Below, one piece after another: positions 19,976 to 29,000 of a stretch of DNA of 64,000 nucleotides. The position numbers and the translations under genes were made by a program. Every line of letters starts with the position of its first letter. Position 1 is the first letter of the stretch. The DNA comes from Actinomycetes bacterium (GTDB lineage Bacteria > Bacillota > Sulfobacillia > Sulfobacillales > JAIMBI01). The notes beneath the pieces are model-generated. The model was not told the origin of the DNA, made no database searches, and saw only the letters and a program-made list of their open reading frames with translations. Location: the NCBI GenBank assembly GCA_023565505.1, contig JAIMBI010000005.1, positions 67,784 through 131,783 of the forward strand, in the 5' to 3' direction.

Positions 19976-22909
19976 TCACAGCTTCAGCAGGCGGCGCGCG
20001 GCCAGGACGCCGTCCACCCAGCGCTTCTCCTCGCTCAGGGGCGGGTAGAGGGCGGAGAGGGTCTGGGCCAGTCGCCAGAACCGGGCGTCCTTCCCGGCAC
20101 CGTCATCGACCAAGAGCCGGCGGAGGGCGTCCATCCGGCCCGCCGCGAACAGGAGCATGCTCTGCTGGAGGCGCTCCAGGGTGGTTGTCCCGGGGGTGAG
20201 AGGGCCGTCGAGAGACGCGCCCTCGCGTTCCGAGTCCTCTCCAAACAGGGTGGTTTGGCGCCCACCCCGGCTGCCGCGGCTCGGCCTGGCCGTGCCCGAC
20301 CGGCCGCCCAGCAGCGTGCGCTCACGCTCCCGGACCGAGAGGAGGCGGGCGGTCTCCCCGCGGAGCTCGACGATGCCGCCGGGGCGGCTCGCCGCCTCCA
20401 GGTGGACGCCGAGCCCCTGGGCGATCTTCCGCGCCGTGTCGAAGTCGAGGGCCAAGGCCCCCGTTCGGCCAGGGCTACCGTTGGGGTTGCCGACCATCTC
20501 CGCCTCGGCGTCCTCCTCCTCGGTCGCCTCTTCCATGGCCCCGGCCTCGCCGCCGTCCTTGCCGGCAAAGAGCGTCCAAAGCCACATGGCGGTGAGCCGA
20601 GCGTCTTCCTCGAACCCCGACGCGTCGGCCTCCTGGAAGATGACGCGAAGCGCTGCGCGGGCGACGGCCGCCCACACCTCGGTCAAGTACTCGGCGAGCG
20701 GCACGGCTTCCCCGGACGGTTTCTCGACGCGGTCGTAGCGGCTGAACACCTCGAGGGCGGGTCCGAGACAGGCGAAGATGGCGTCGGCGCCCACGATGCC
20801 TTCGGCCGCAAGGCGCGGGAGCCACGCGTGGACGCGCCGCGGCAGCTCTTCCAGGACGTCCCGCCAGTCGCCGACCGAACCTGGCGTCCGGGGCCGGCAG
20901 GCCAGATGGACGGAGGAGGCGAGTGCTGCCGACTTCTGGGCACGGAGACGTCCTGGCCGCTCTGTGTCCACAGGCCAAGAGCCGGTGATGGTCCAGCCCG
21001 CATCCACGAGAGCCTGGAGCATCGCCTCCCAGCCGGCGGTGGACTTGTGGGCGAAGACGACCACGGCGATGCCGTCGTCGGCCAGGAGCCGACGCGCCTC
21101 GGCGAGGGCAACACGCATGGTGGATTCGAAGTACGCCCGGTCCTTGCCGGCGGCCGGATTGACGACGCATTCCGCGTCCTTGGGGACGAGCGCGGTGCGG
21201 AACAGGTCGGGGTAAAGGTCTCCCACCGTGCGTCGCAACCACACGTAGAAGAAGTCCGAGAGGTCCCCGTAGGGGACGGCGTCGTAATACGGCGGGTCGG
21301 TGATCACCGCCTGGGCAAGACCGTCGGGGAGCGGAAGAGCCGTGGCAGAGGCCGGGACCGCTTGACTCTCGCCGACCCATGAGACGACGTTAGCGTGGCA
21401 TACTTGAGCCACCCACTCGACAGCCCCATCCCAATCTCCGGTGGCCCCGGAAAACGGGAATACCTCCACAAAGTCCCAAACTATGGGGAACGCTTGTCGA
21501 CCAAAGGTGTGTGCTACGAATTCACCACTGGATGCCCATATCGCAAGCGAGGAACCGTAGTCGGCTAGTCGGTCTAGAGCCAATCCCAAGCATGTACCCA
21601 CCACTCGGGCGAACTCCTCGCCCCGTTCCTCCCGAATTCGCTCGCTCGCAGTACGCACATACTTGGCCAGCGTCGTGAGGACGAGCAGCTGACGGGGGGT
21701 GAAGAGATCGCCCCAGACGGTGACGCCGTACGTGCCGGGTGTAAAGGCTCGAGAGTCGTGGGCGGGAAACAGCTCGTCCGGCACCGCCGGGAGGCCGTTG
21801 AGCCGCTCCCCCTGCCGCCGTGCCAGGTCCCGTGCCGCTTCGGCAGCGGCCACGAGATCCCGCTCGGTCGGGAGCCGGTAGTAGCGACCCTGGGTGCTCG
21901 GATGCGTCAGCACGACCGCGAGCAGACGCGCATCCGCGGCGCCGCCCCGGCGCGTCCGGAGCTGCTCCCGCACCCGGGCCACCGGCGTCGTGTAGCCGCA
22001 GACCGGGCAGGCGGCAGAACCCCGCCGCACCGTACCCGGCGCGACGTCGTCCTCGGTGGCGGGTCGGCCGTCCTGGCCGACGATCCGGAAGGCGACCTTC
22101 CCCGTCCGGCGTGCCGCGTCGTCGAGAGCCAGCCCGACACCGCGCCCCGTCTTTTTCCGCAGCCAGAACGAGCGCACGAGCGGCACCTCAATCCCGCAGC
22201 CCGGCCCCTCACAGCGAATGGTGCGGGCCCAGAGGTACGCGATGGGGGTCGAGCCGTCAGGGTCCTTCGGGTAGAACGCGCGCAGTTCCTTCTCCGCCTG
22301 ATCCTTCACCCACCGTCCCCAGGTCCGCACGGCTTGGGCCAATTCCGGTCCGAAGCGGGGGATGTCCTCCAGCACGACCCGGTTGAGGAGCACCGCCACC
22401 GGATTGAGGTCCGAGGCGAAGGCCTCGGCGCCGACGCGCGCCGCTTCGAGCGGGATGGCCCCCCCGCCGGCGAACGGATCCACGACCAGGGGCCGCGTGT
22501 CTCGGTCCCCGCCCAACGCCCGATGGGCCGCGTCGACGAGGCCGCGGGCGACGGCGAGGTACGCCGGATCGGCCGCGCGCTCCCAGTGGGCGAAGTCGGC
22601 GATGAACTCCAGCAGGGCTGAGCGTTGCGCCCAGGGGTCATCCCAATCGACCTGGCGCCCCCGGCGTGTCCAGAAGGGTCCGAGATGCGCGGCCACCGCC
22701 GCCCGAAAGGGCGGCGGGCACGCGGGATCCGCCGGATCGGGCCAGAGCGCCGCCAGCACCACGGCCCGGCAGGCGGCCAGCGGTCGCCGCGCCCACCAGA
22801 TGTGGAGCGTCGAGATGTGCCCGTGGCGGATCGACTTCTCCCGCCGGGCCGCGGCGCTCACCTGGCCGATCGGGAGGTCGACTTCGATAAGGCGCCGGGG
22901 TCCCGTCAT
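19976..22909 (-). CDS. DUF1156-type DNA methyltransferase with zinc ribbon (COG1743-like)
   Basis: ATG 22909 follows GAGGAAGGG and overlaps the helicase stop (ATGA). N-terminal LIEVDLPI...GHISTLHIWWARRP, SAM motif VVDPFAGGGAIPLEA, Cys pairs CEGPGC ... CPVCG, catalytic ITDPPYYD. Confidence 0.85.
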   Translation of the reverse strand: MTGPRRLIEVDLPIGQVSAAARREKSIRHGHISTLHIWWARRPLAACRAVVLAALWPDPADPACPPPFRAAVAAHLGPFWTRRGRQVDWDDPWAQRSALLEFIADFAHWERAADPAYLAVARGLVDAAHRALGGDRDTRPLVVDPFAGGGAIPLEAARVGAEAFASDLNPVAVLLNRVVLEDIPRFGPELAQAVRTWGRWVKDQAEKELRAFYPKDPDGSTPIAYLWARTIRCEGPGCGIEVPLVRSFWLRKKTGRGVGLALDDAARRTGKVAFRIVGQDGRPATEDDVAPGTVRRGSAACPVCGYTTPVARVREQLRTRRGGAADARLLAVVLTHPSTQGRYYRLPTERDLVAAAEAARDLARRQGERLNGLPAVPDELFPAHDSRAFTPGTYGVTVWGDLFTPRQLLVLTTLAKYVRTASERIREERGEEFARVVGTCLGLALDRLADYGSSLAIWASSGEFVAHTFGRQAFPIVWDFVEVFPFSGATGDWDGAVEWVAQVCHANVVSWVGESQAVPASATALPLPDGLAQAVITDPPYYDAVPYGDLSDFFYVWLRRTVGDLYPDLFRTALVPKDAECVVNPAAGKDRAYFESTMRVALAEARRLLADDGIAVVVFAHKSTAGWEAMLQALVDAGWTITGSWPVDTERPGRLRAQKSAALASSVHLACRPRTPGSVGDWRDVLEELPRRVHAWLPRLAAEGIVGADAIFACLGPALEVFSRYDRVEKPSGEAVPLAEYLTEVWAAVARAALRVIFQEADASGFEEDARLTAMWLWTLFAGKDGGEAGAMEEATEEEDAEAEMVGNPNGSPGRTGALALDFDTARKIAQGLGVHLEAASRPGGIVELRGETARLLSVRERERTLLGGRSGTARPSRGSRGGRQTTLFGEDSEREGASLDGPLTPGTTTLERLQQSMLLFAAGRMDALRRLLVDDGAGKDARFWRLAQTLSALYPPLSEEKRWVDGVLAARRLLKL

Positions 22910-25900
22910 ACGTCGTCCCTTCCTCGGGCAATACGGAGGACATCGGGGCCGAGCCGCCACCGTTCAATCCACTTCACGGGCTGCCACGCAAGACGGGTCG
23001 GGTCTTGGTGCCGGTGGAGCTCCGGCTTGGCTCGACAGCGGTACACGACGTAAAGCCAGTAATCCGCGCCCAGCTTCCTCGCGGTCTCATGCTCGTGGCG
23101 CGTCAGCTCCACCTCGTCGACATCCGCGCACCCCTTGACTTCGATGGCCCGCTGAGCCCCGGTGGCCGGGTGACGGGAGAGGATGTCGTAGCCCCGATTC
23201 TGTTCGTGCACGTCCTCGGGCTCCCATCCTTCAGCGCGCTCGAAGGCCATGGCGACCTCCATGGCGATCCGCTCCACCTCCTCGTCCCGGACGCGGCGCC
23301 GCGTCGCCGGGTCGGTGTGAGGCAGCACCCACGCCGAACCCAGTCGCTCAAACGTCCCGGCGATACAGTGTTGTTGAAGACTCAACTTGCGCTGAGTCTC
23401 GTCGAGGCGGCGGTTGAGGTCGGCAAGGTGCTGCTCCGCCTGGACGATCTGCCCCGCCAAGCCCGGCGCATCGGGTTCCTCCCGCTGCCGGTCGAGCAGG
23501 TCACCCAGGCGGACGTTGGCCTTCTCGATGAGGGCGTTGAGTGAGATCTGCGCGTGCTCCAGCACCATGGCGGTTTCCCGCCGCCGCGCGGCTTCCACCG
23601 TCTGCCGGAGCGGATAAACGGCCTGCTCCAGGACGAAGCGTTCGCTCGCCTGCGTGGACGGCAGGTCCGAATCGGCCGGGGCGGTCCCTTCGCCGGGGAG
23701 GAGGTCGAGGAAGACCGTCGGTTCCCGGAGGGCCAGCGTGCCATCCGCCCGCGCCTCGGCCACGAAAAGCCGCTCTTCGACGGTCGCCCCGGTCCCGTCG
23801 ACGATGGCGGCCCGGAAGAGGTCGAGCCGTCGGGGCTGTTCCGCCTCTACGTCAAAGAGGACGGTGCCCGCGCGCAGAGCATCTCGCGCCAACTCGGCCA
23901 CTTCGGCACGGACGGCCTCGAAGAGGGGATGTCCCGGAGTGACCCATTCGAGCGTGGGGGTCTTGACCAGCCGTTCTTTGTCGAAGGTGATGGGGCCATA
24001 TTCGTGCCCGAGGCGTCCGAAGCGCGGTTCGAGTTCGGGACCTCGGCGGAGAAGGGTCGAGGGCAGGCGGCCAATTCGGTAGACGTGGTTGTCCCCGCGG
24101 ACCGGCCGCGGAGTGAGACCCACCGACGGTGCCGCATCCAAGAAGAAGCGCTCCACATCTTCCGGGACGAGTCGCCGTTCCTTGACCTCGGCCTGTTGGC
24201 GGACAAGAGCCGAGAGGTTGAGCTCGCGCCGCGCCAGCCCCTCGAGGGCGGAGTCGGTGATCCGGCGGAACGCCTCCGGGCGGAGGCCCTTGACGATCCG
24301 CTCCTCGATCTCGGGCAGGGTGGTCTTCCTTGCGTAGAGCTCCCGCATCATGCGCTCGATCTCGTTCTGCGGGAAGATCTCGCCGACGACGTCGAACACC
24401 TGGTCGGTGCCCAGTTCGCTGCGGATCTCCTGCAGACGGGTGAGGAGCTTCTGCAGCACGCGGCCTTCACGGGTACCCCGGGCGATGAAGTTGAAGGCAA
24501 GCACGTCGCGTTCCTGTCCGTAGCGGTGGATGCGCCCGATCCGCTGCTCGAGCCGCACTGGATTCCACGGGACGTCGTAGTTGATGAGGAGCCAGCAGAA
24601 CTGAAGGTTGATCCCTTCGCCGGCCGCCTCCGTCGCCACGAGCACCTGGCTGGTTTCGCGGAACTCTCGCTCCGCATGGAGCCGGGTGCCGGGCGTGTCC
24701 CGGTCGCCGACCTTCATCCCGCCGTGGATGACGCTCACCGGGAGGCCCCAGCGTCTTAGCCAACCCAGCGGTCGGTCCTGCTTGCCGTCTCCGGCCAGGT
24801 AGTCCAGCGTGTCCTTGTGTTCGGTGAACACCAGGAGCTTCATGGTGGGGTCACCGAAGAGGCCTTGGTCCGTCACGAGTTGGCGCAGCCGCTGGAGTTT
24901 CGACTCCACACCCGCTGCCTCCAGCGCGCGGGCCCGATCGATGAGGGCCTCGAGCTGGCGGATGTCGTGACGCAGGGACGCCGGGTCGAAGGCCAGGACC
25001 AGCTTTTCGAGTTCCTCCTCGAACGCCTGCCGATCCTCGTCGGGCCAGTCGTCCTCGTCCTCCGGCAGGCGCCAAGCCTTCCGCTGCTGCTCGTGGAAAT
25101 AGCGTTCCGGGTCCTTCAGGATCTCCTCCCGGTGGCGTTTCATCCGCTCAAGGCTTCGCCGGCAGGCGTAGACCGAACTCGCGAACCGACGCTGCAGCAT
25201 CGCCATGGTGAACTGCATGGCGCGGGCCTGCGGCGAGTCTTGCCGGGCGGCTTCGGCCGACCGCTCCTCCACGTAGCGGGTCAGTTCCTCGTAAAAAGCC
25301 ATCTCCTCGTCCGAGAGGTCGAAGAGGATGGACTCGACCCGGCGATTGGTGAAGAGCTTCTTCACGGCGCCGGTTTCCGGGTCGGGAAAGCTCACGAGTG
25401 CCTCTTTCGTCCGGCGCAGGTAGAAAGGGGCGCGGTTCCGACGCATCGCCTCCTCAAGACTCTTGACGTCTCCGTAGACGTCCTTGTCCAACAGCTCGAG
25501 GAAGAGGCAGAAGTTGACCGGGTCTCCTTTATGGGGGGTGGCGGTCATGAGGAGGAGGTGGTCCGTTCGCTCCGAGAGAGCCTCCCCGATCTGGTACGCG
25601 TACGTCTTCTTGTCCCGGCTCTGGGCGCTCATCTTGTGAGCCTCGTCGACGATCACGAGGTCCCAGTGGGCGGCCCGGAGCAGGCTGTCACGCGCGTCTT
25701 CGATGCGGGAGATCCAGGAGATGGAGGTGATCACCTGGTCTTTCTCCTGCCACGGGTTCTGGCCATACACCGAGCGGAGTGTCTCGCCGCGCACGATCTC
25801 GAAGACTTCGCGGAACTTCTCGCGGAGCTCCCGCTGCCACTGGAACATGAGGTTGGCCGGGGTGACGACGAGAATACGACGAACGAGTCCACGCGCCTTC

Positions 25901-26364
25901 AACTCACGCAGCAGGAGCCCGGCCATGATGGTCTTCCCCGCCCCGGGATCGTCCGCCAGGAGGAAGCGGATGCGGGGGAGCTTCAGGAAGTACTCGTAGA
26001 CGGCCTCGAGCTGGTGTGGCAAGGGATCCACCCGGGAGACCGACAGGGCGAAGTAGGGGTCGTACTCGTAGGCGAGCCCCAGCCGCAGCGCCTCGACGCC
26101 CAACAGGAATCGCCGCGCATCTCCGGTGAAGGTGTCGTGCGAGCGCACGATCTCCACAGCGCCGATCTGCTCTGCGGTGAGTCGAAGCGGTTCATAGCGC
26201 CCCGACGGGATATGGACGACCTCGAGCTGCCAGCCGTCTCCAAGCACCTCGGCGTAGATCACCCGCACTTCGTTGGGGAAAAACGGGGCCCGGAGGACGG
26301 TGCCGCGACCGGGCGGGGGTGGTACCGGCACGATACTCCCTCCCCACCAAAAGGTGTGCGACAT
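22906..26364 (-). CDS. SNF2-family helicase fused to a C-terminal DUF3883-like (D-ExK nuclease-fold) domain
   Basis: Motifs: LLADDPGAGKT (I), VIVDEAHK (II), LLLMTATPHKG (III), ATEAAGEGINLQ (V), QRIGRIHRYGQ (VI). The C-terminus has GYDILS...AIEVKG. Start set at ATG 26364 (MSHTFWW); the track ORF extends to 26502 with a Gly/Pro-rich leader. Confidence 0.85.
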   Translation of the reverse strand: MSHTFWWGGSIVPVPPPPGRGTVLRAPFFPNEVRVIYAEVLGDGWQLEVVHIPSGRYEPLRLTAEQIGAVEIVRSHDTFTGDARRFLLGVEALRLGLAYEYDPYFALSVSRVDPLPHQLEAVYEYFLKLPRIRFLLADDPGAGKTIMAGLLLRELKARGLVRRILVVTPANLMFQWQRELREKFREVFEIVRGETLRSVYGQNPWQEKDQVITSISWISRIEDARDSLLRAAHWDLVIVDEAHKMSAQSRDKKTYAYQIGEALSERTDHLLLMTATPHKGDPVNFCLFLELLDKDVYGDVKSLEEAMRRNRAPFYLRRTKEALVSFPDPETGAVKKLFTNRRVESILFDLSDEEMAFYEELTRYVEERSAEAARQDSPQARAMQFTMAMLQRRFASSVYACRRSLERMKRHREEILKDPERYFHEQQRKAWRLPEDEDDWPDEDRQAFEEELEKLVLAFDPASLRHDIRQLEALIDRARALEAAGVESKLQRLRQLVTDQGLFGDPTMKLLVFTEHKDTLDYLAGDGKQDRPLGWLRRWGLPVSVIHGGMKVGDRDTPGTRLHAEREFRETSQVLVATEAAGEGINLQFCWLLINYDVPWNPVRLEQRIGRIHRYGQERDVLAFNFIARGTREGRVLQKLLTRLQEIRSELGTDQVFDVVGEIFPQNEIERMMRELYARKTTLPEIEERIVKGLRPEAFRRITDSALEGLARRELNLSALVRQQAEVKERRLVPEDVERFFLDAAPSVGLTPRPVRGDNHVYRIGRLPSTLLRRGPELEPRFGRLGHEYGPITFDKERLVKTPTLEWVTPGHPLFEAVRAEVAELARDALRAGTVLFDVEAEQPRRLDLFRAAIVDGTGATVEERLFVAEARADGTLALREPTVFLDLLPGEGTAPADSDLPSTQASERFVLEQAVYPLRQTVEAARRRETAMVLEHAQISLNALIEKANVRLGDLLDRQREEPDAPGLAGQIVQAEQHLADLNRRLDETQRKLSLQQHCIAGTFERLGSAWVLPHTDPATRRRVRDEEVERIAMEVAMAFERAEGWEPEDVHEQNRGYDILSRHPATGAQRAIEVKGCADVDEVELTRHEHETARKLGADYWLYVVYRCRAKPELHRHQDPTRLAWQPVKWIERWRLGPDVLRIARGRDDV

Positions 26365-26678
26365 CTGCTTCTCGGTGGGAACTGTCGATTCCTGCCAGTC
26401 GCCCGGTTTCCAGCTATTGGCACATTGGCTTCTGCCGCAAGGCCCGCGTGCGGCCCCGGGACCATGCTCTCCGGGACCCGTGGTCCCCGCCTGCGGGTGC
26501 ATTACCGAGAGCCGTACGGATACTTACGGGGAGGCCAAGAGGACAGACGCCACGGGTGTCGCTTCAACCGCGCGACGTTCGGCCGATGTCGGCTGGATGT
26601 GTTTACGGCGCATGTCATGGTCGGATGGCCCAGGAAACATCAAGGTGGGGCGGAGCAAGAGGGTGCCGGCCGGGACGC

Positions 26679-26711
26679 AAAAAAGGGGAGTTGGGCCTAA
26701 GCCCGCTTCCC
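26679..26711 (-). terminator. Candidate intrinsic terminator of the YIEGIA gene
   Basis: Minus-strand RNA GGGAAGCGGGCUUAGGCCCAACUCCCC followed by UUUUUU, 90 nt downstream of the stop at 26804. Confidence 0.5.
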
Positions 26712-26803
26712 GTCCAGCGGTCCGCACCTCGGTGAGCGTTCGGCGGCCGGCTTAGCGACACTCGCTGTGCTTGGCGGAGTTCCTTCCGGCCTTGGGGGCC
26801 CTG

Positions 26804-27760
26804 TTAGGTCGGCGACGGCTCCCGGCCGGGTCGGACCCGCACGGGAGATCGCTTGGCCTTCTCCGCGAGCACGGGACTCATCAGGTGATGCCACTTACTG
26901 CTCTCGAGGATAGGGGTCTGGCGGATGGCGTTGAGGAGCGCGTTCATGTCCGGCATGACGGGTACGATGGCGAGGGCGGCGCGGCCGGTGCCCTGGGGCA
27001 TCTCCATCCGCGTGAGGGGCGTGAAGTCGGGGTAGCCCACGTCCTTCATGGCGCCGACGGCCATGGCCGCCTCGTGGGTGATGGCCTGCCGTTGGGCGAG
27101 ATTCCAGAGGACGGCTTGGCCGCGGGGATTCTTCGGGGTGAGCACCACCCCCATGCCGTCCTTGAGCCAGCGGTCACGGACGTGGGGGAGACCGACCTCC
27201 ATCAGCATGACGTCGTCCACGTACAGGAGCGACTCCTTCTCGAACCGGATCTGGCCCGGCTGCACGTCGATGACGTCGCCGACCACGCCCCCGGACATGA
27301 ACCGTTCCCCGAGGACCAGGAGGACGATGCCGGCGACGACGCCCCCGACCCACCCGAACAGCGCCGTGGCGCCCGACGTGCCGAGCCCCACCAGCATGGC
27401 GAGGTAGTTCCGCGCCTCGAACGTCCGGGCGATCCCCTCGATGTACCCCGCGCCCCGGGGGACCAGGATGAGGTCCTCCTCCTGCTCCAGGGTCTTCCGC
27501 TCCGCTTCGCGGACGTTGCGGAACTGGGTCGCAGCGAGGGTGAGGAAGGTGGCGGCGGTGAACTCCTTGGCCACCAGCGACGTGATCACCGCCGACCCGA
27601 TCATCGCCGCGATGATGCCCATGGTCAGCTCCGAGATGTAGCCGCTGGGATAGCCGGGGTAGCCGCGTTGCCCCGGCCTGAGCGAGATGAGCCGGCTGAT
27701 GAAGCCGGCGGCCAGGCCGATCTCCATCGGCAGCCAGTTGACGGGACCCGAGCCCCCCAT
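26804..27760 (-). CDS. YIEGIA-family membrane protein
   Basis: 318 aa. ATG 27760 lies 7 nt after GGGAGG. Contains the literal family motif GAGYIEGIARTFE between TM segments. Confidence 0.75.
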   Translation of the reverse strand: MGGSGPVNWLPMEIGLAAGFISRLISLRPGQRGYPGYPSGYISELTMGIIAAMIGSAVITSLVAKEFTAATFLTLAATQFRNVREAERKTLEQEEDLILVPRGAGYIEGIARTFEARNYLAMLVGLGTSGATALFGWVGGVVAGIVLLVLGERFMSGGVVGDVIDVQPGQIRFEKESLLYVDDVMLMEVGLPHVRDRWLKDGMGVVLTPKNPRGQAVLWNLAQRQAITHEAAMAVGAMKDVGYPDFTPLTRMEMPQGTGRAALAIVPVMPDMNALLNAIRQTPILESSKWHHLMSPVLAEKAKRSPVRVRPGREPSPT

Positions 27761-27917
27761 GTCTCTGCCTCCCGGATCGAACTTTGCGTGAGGCTAGTGT
27801 GTCCGGACGGCGCCACCGGTAGCCGTGGCGCCGACCGCCGTCGTGCGGCGATTGCGACTCTTTGGCACCGTGCGCCGGGGCGGACTGGGTTCTGGGTGCG
27901 CGTATTACAATGGAGGC

Positions 27918-28904
27918 ATGGACGGTCATAGATTCTCCGCCGCGGCCTCGTCCGCGGCCCCCGCGGCGTCGGCCCGTCCGGGCCGGCCGTGGGCGTCGTT
28001 CGCGGCCCTCATCCTCTTTTGGGGCCTGTCGTTCGCGGCCATCAAGATCGGGCTCGACTACGCGCCGCCGCTCATCTACACCGGACTCCGGTCGCTGGTG
28101 AGCGGCGTCGCGTTGGCGAGCGTGGCCTTGTGGCGGCGCGAACCGCTCGACTGGCGCCGGGGGCTGCCGGTGTTCTTCGTCTCGGCGCTGTTCAACGTCC
28201 TCCTCTCCATGGGCGTGCAGACCATCGCCATGACCCACACCACCTCGGGCCTCATGGCGGTCCTGGTCTACTTCCAGCCCGTGGTGACGGGGCTTTTGGC
28301 CTGGCTCTGGCTCGGCGAGCCGATGACCGCCGCGAAGGGCGTGGGCCTGGTCCTCGGCTTCTTCGGCGTGGTGGCGGCCAGCAGCGCCACCTGGGCCGGG
28401 GGGACGGGCGGCCCCTGGGTGGCCATGGGGCTCTTCTCCGCGATCGCCTGGGCCACGGGCACGGTCTACGTCAAGAAGGTGCAGCACCGGGTGTCGCCGT
28501 ACTGGCTGGTGGCGGGCCAGTTCTTCATCGGCGGATCGGTGCTCACCCTGGCGGGCACCGGAGTGGAGTCGTGGGCGGCGATCGCCTGGACGCCCATGTT
28601 CTTCGCGGCGCTCTTCTACTCCGGCCTGGTGGCCCTCGGCCTCGCCTGGATCGTGTGGCTCCGGCTCCTGGCCCGCAACCAGGCGAGCCAGGTGGCCTCG
28701 GTCATCTTCGCCGTTCCCGTGATCTCCGTCGTCGTCGGGGTGCTGTTCCTGCACGAGCCGTTCACGCTCAACCTGCTGGTCGGCCTGGTGGCCGTCGCCG
28801 GCGGGATCTGGCTCGCCAACCGGCCGCAGGAGGCGCCGGCGCGCCCCGGAGCCGGGCGCTCCCGGCCGGCGGGCCGGCCGGTGTCCACTCGGCGAGACGT
28901 TTGA
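27918..28904 (+). CDS. EamA/DMT-superfamily transporter
   Basis: ATG 27918 follows GGAGG. About ten TM helices in two EamA repeats (ALILFWGLSFAAIK ..., SQVASVIFAVPVISVVVGVLFLHEP). Confidence 0.85.
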   Translation: MDGHRFSAAASSAAPAASARPGRPWASFAALILFWGLSFAAIKIGLDYAPPLIYTGLRSLVSGVALASVALWRREPLDWRRGLPVFFVSALFNVLLSMGVQTIAMTHTTSGLMAVLVYFQPVVTGLLAWLWLGEPMTAAKGVGLVLGFFGVVAASSATWAGGTGGPWVAMGLFSAIAWATGTVYVKKVQHRVSPYWLVAGQFFIGGSVLTLAGTGVESWAAIAWTPMFFAALFYSGLVALGLAWIVWLRLLARNQASQVASVIFAVPVISVVVGVLFLHEPFTLNLLVGLVAVAGGIWLANRPQEAPARPGAGRSRPAGRPVSTRRDV

Positions 28905-29000
28905 GGGCGGGGCCAGGAAGGGCGGGACCGACCGCGAAGGCGTAGGCGGGACCGAATATTGCGGCTAGCCTGTCGCGGGCGGCCGGCCGGAGGGAACGAG

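Noticed and set aside
17042-26438. The 10-nt direct repeat CTTCTGCCGC at 17042-17051 and 26429-26438 brackets the three-gene defence operon, a possible target-site duplication or att remnant
   Set aside because: There is no extended similarity beyond the 10 nt. My rough expectation for a chance 10-mer match between two ~300-nt GC-rich flanks is about 0.3-0.4. No integrase or transposase is present. It is worth re-testing only if comparative genomes show an empty site.
26365-26502. N-terminal extension of the helicase ORF to the start at 26502 (MHPQAGTTGPGEHGPGAARGPCGRS...)
   Set aside because: The extension is Gly/Pro/Ala-rich with no SD, and helicase-family similarity begins after MSHTFWW. 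I kept ATG 26364, but the true start is unverified.
26524-26727. 67-aa minus-strand ORF in the promoter region of the defence operon (possible small regulator)
   Set aside because: It runs through the predicted YIEGIA terminator hairpin and U-tract, has no SD, and its composition is shadow-like.
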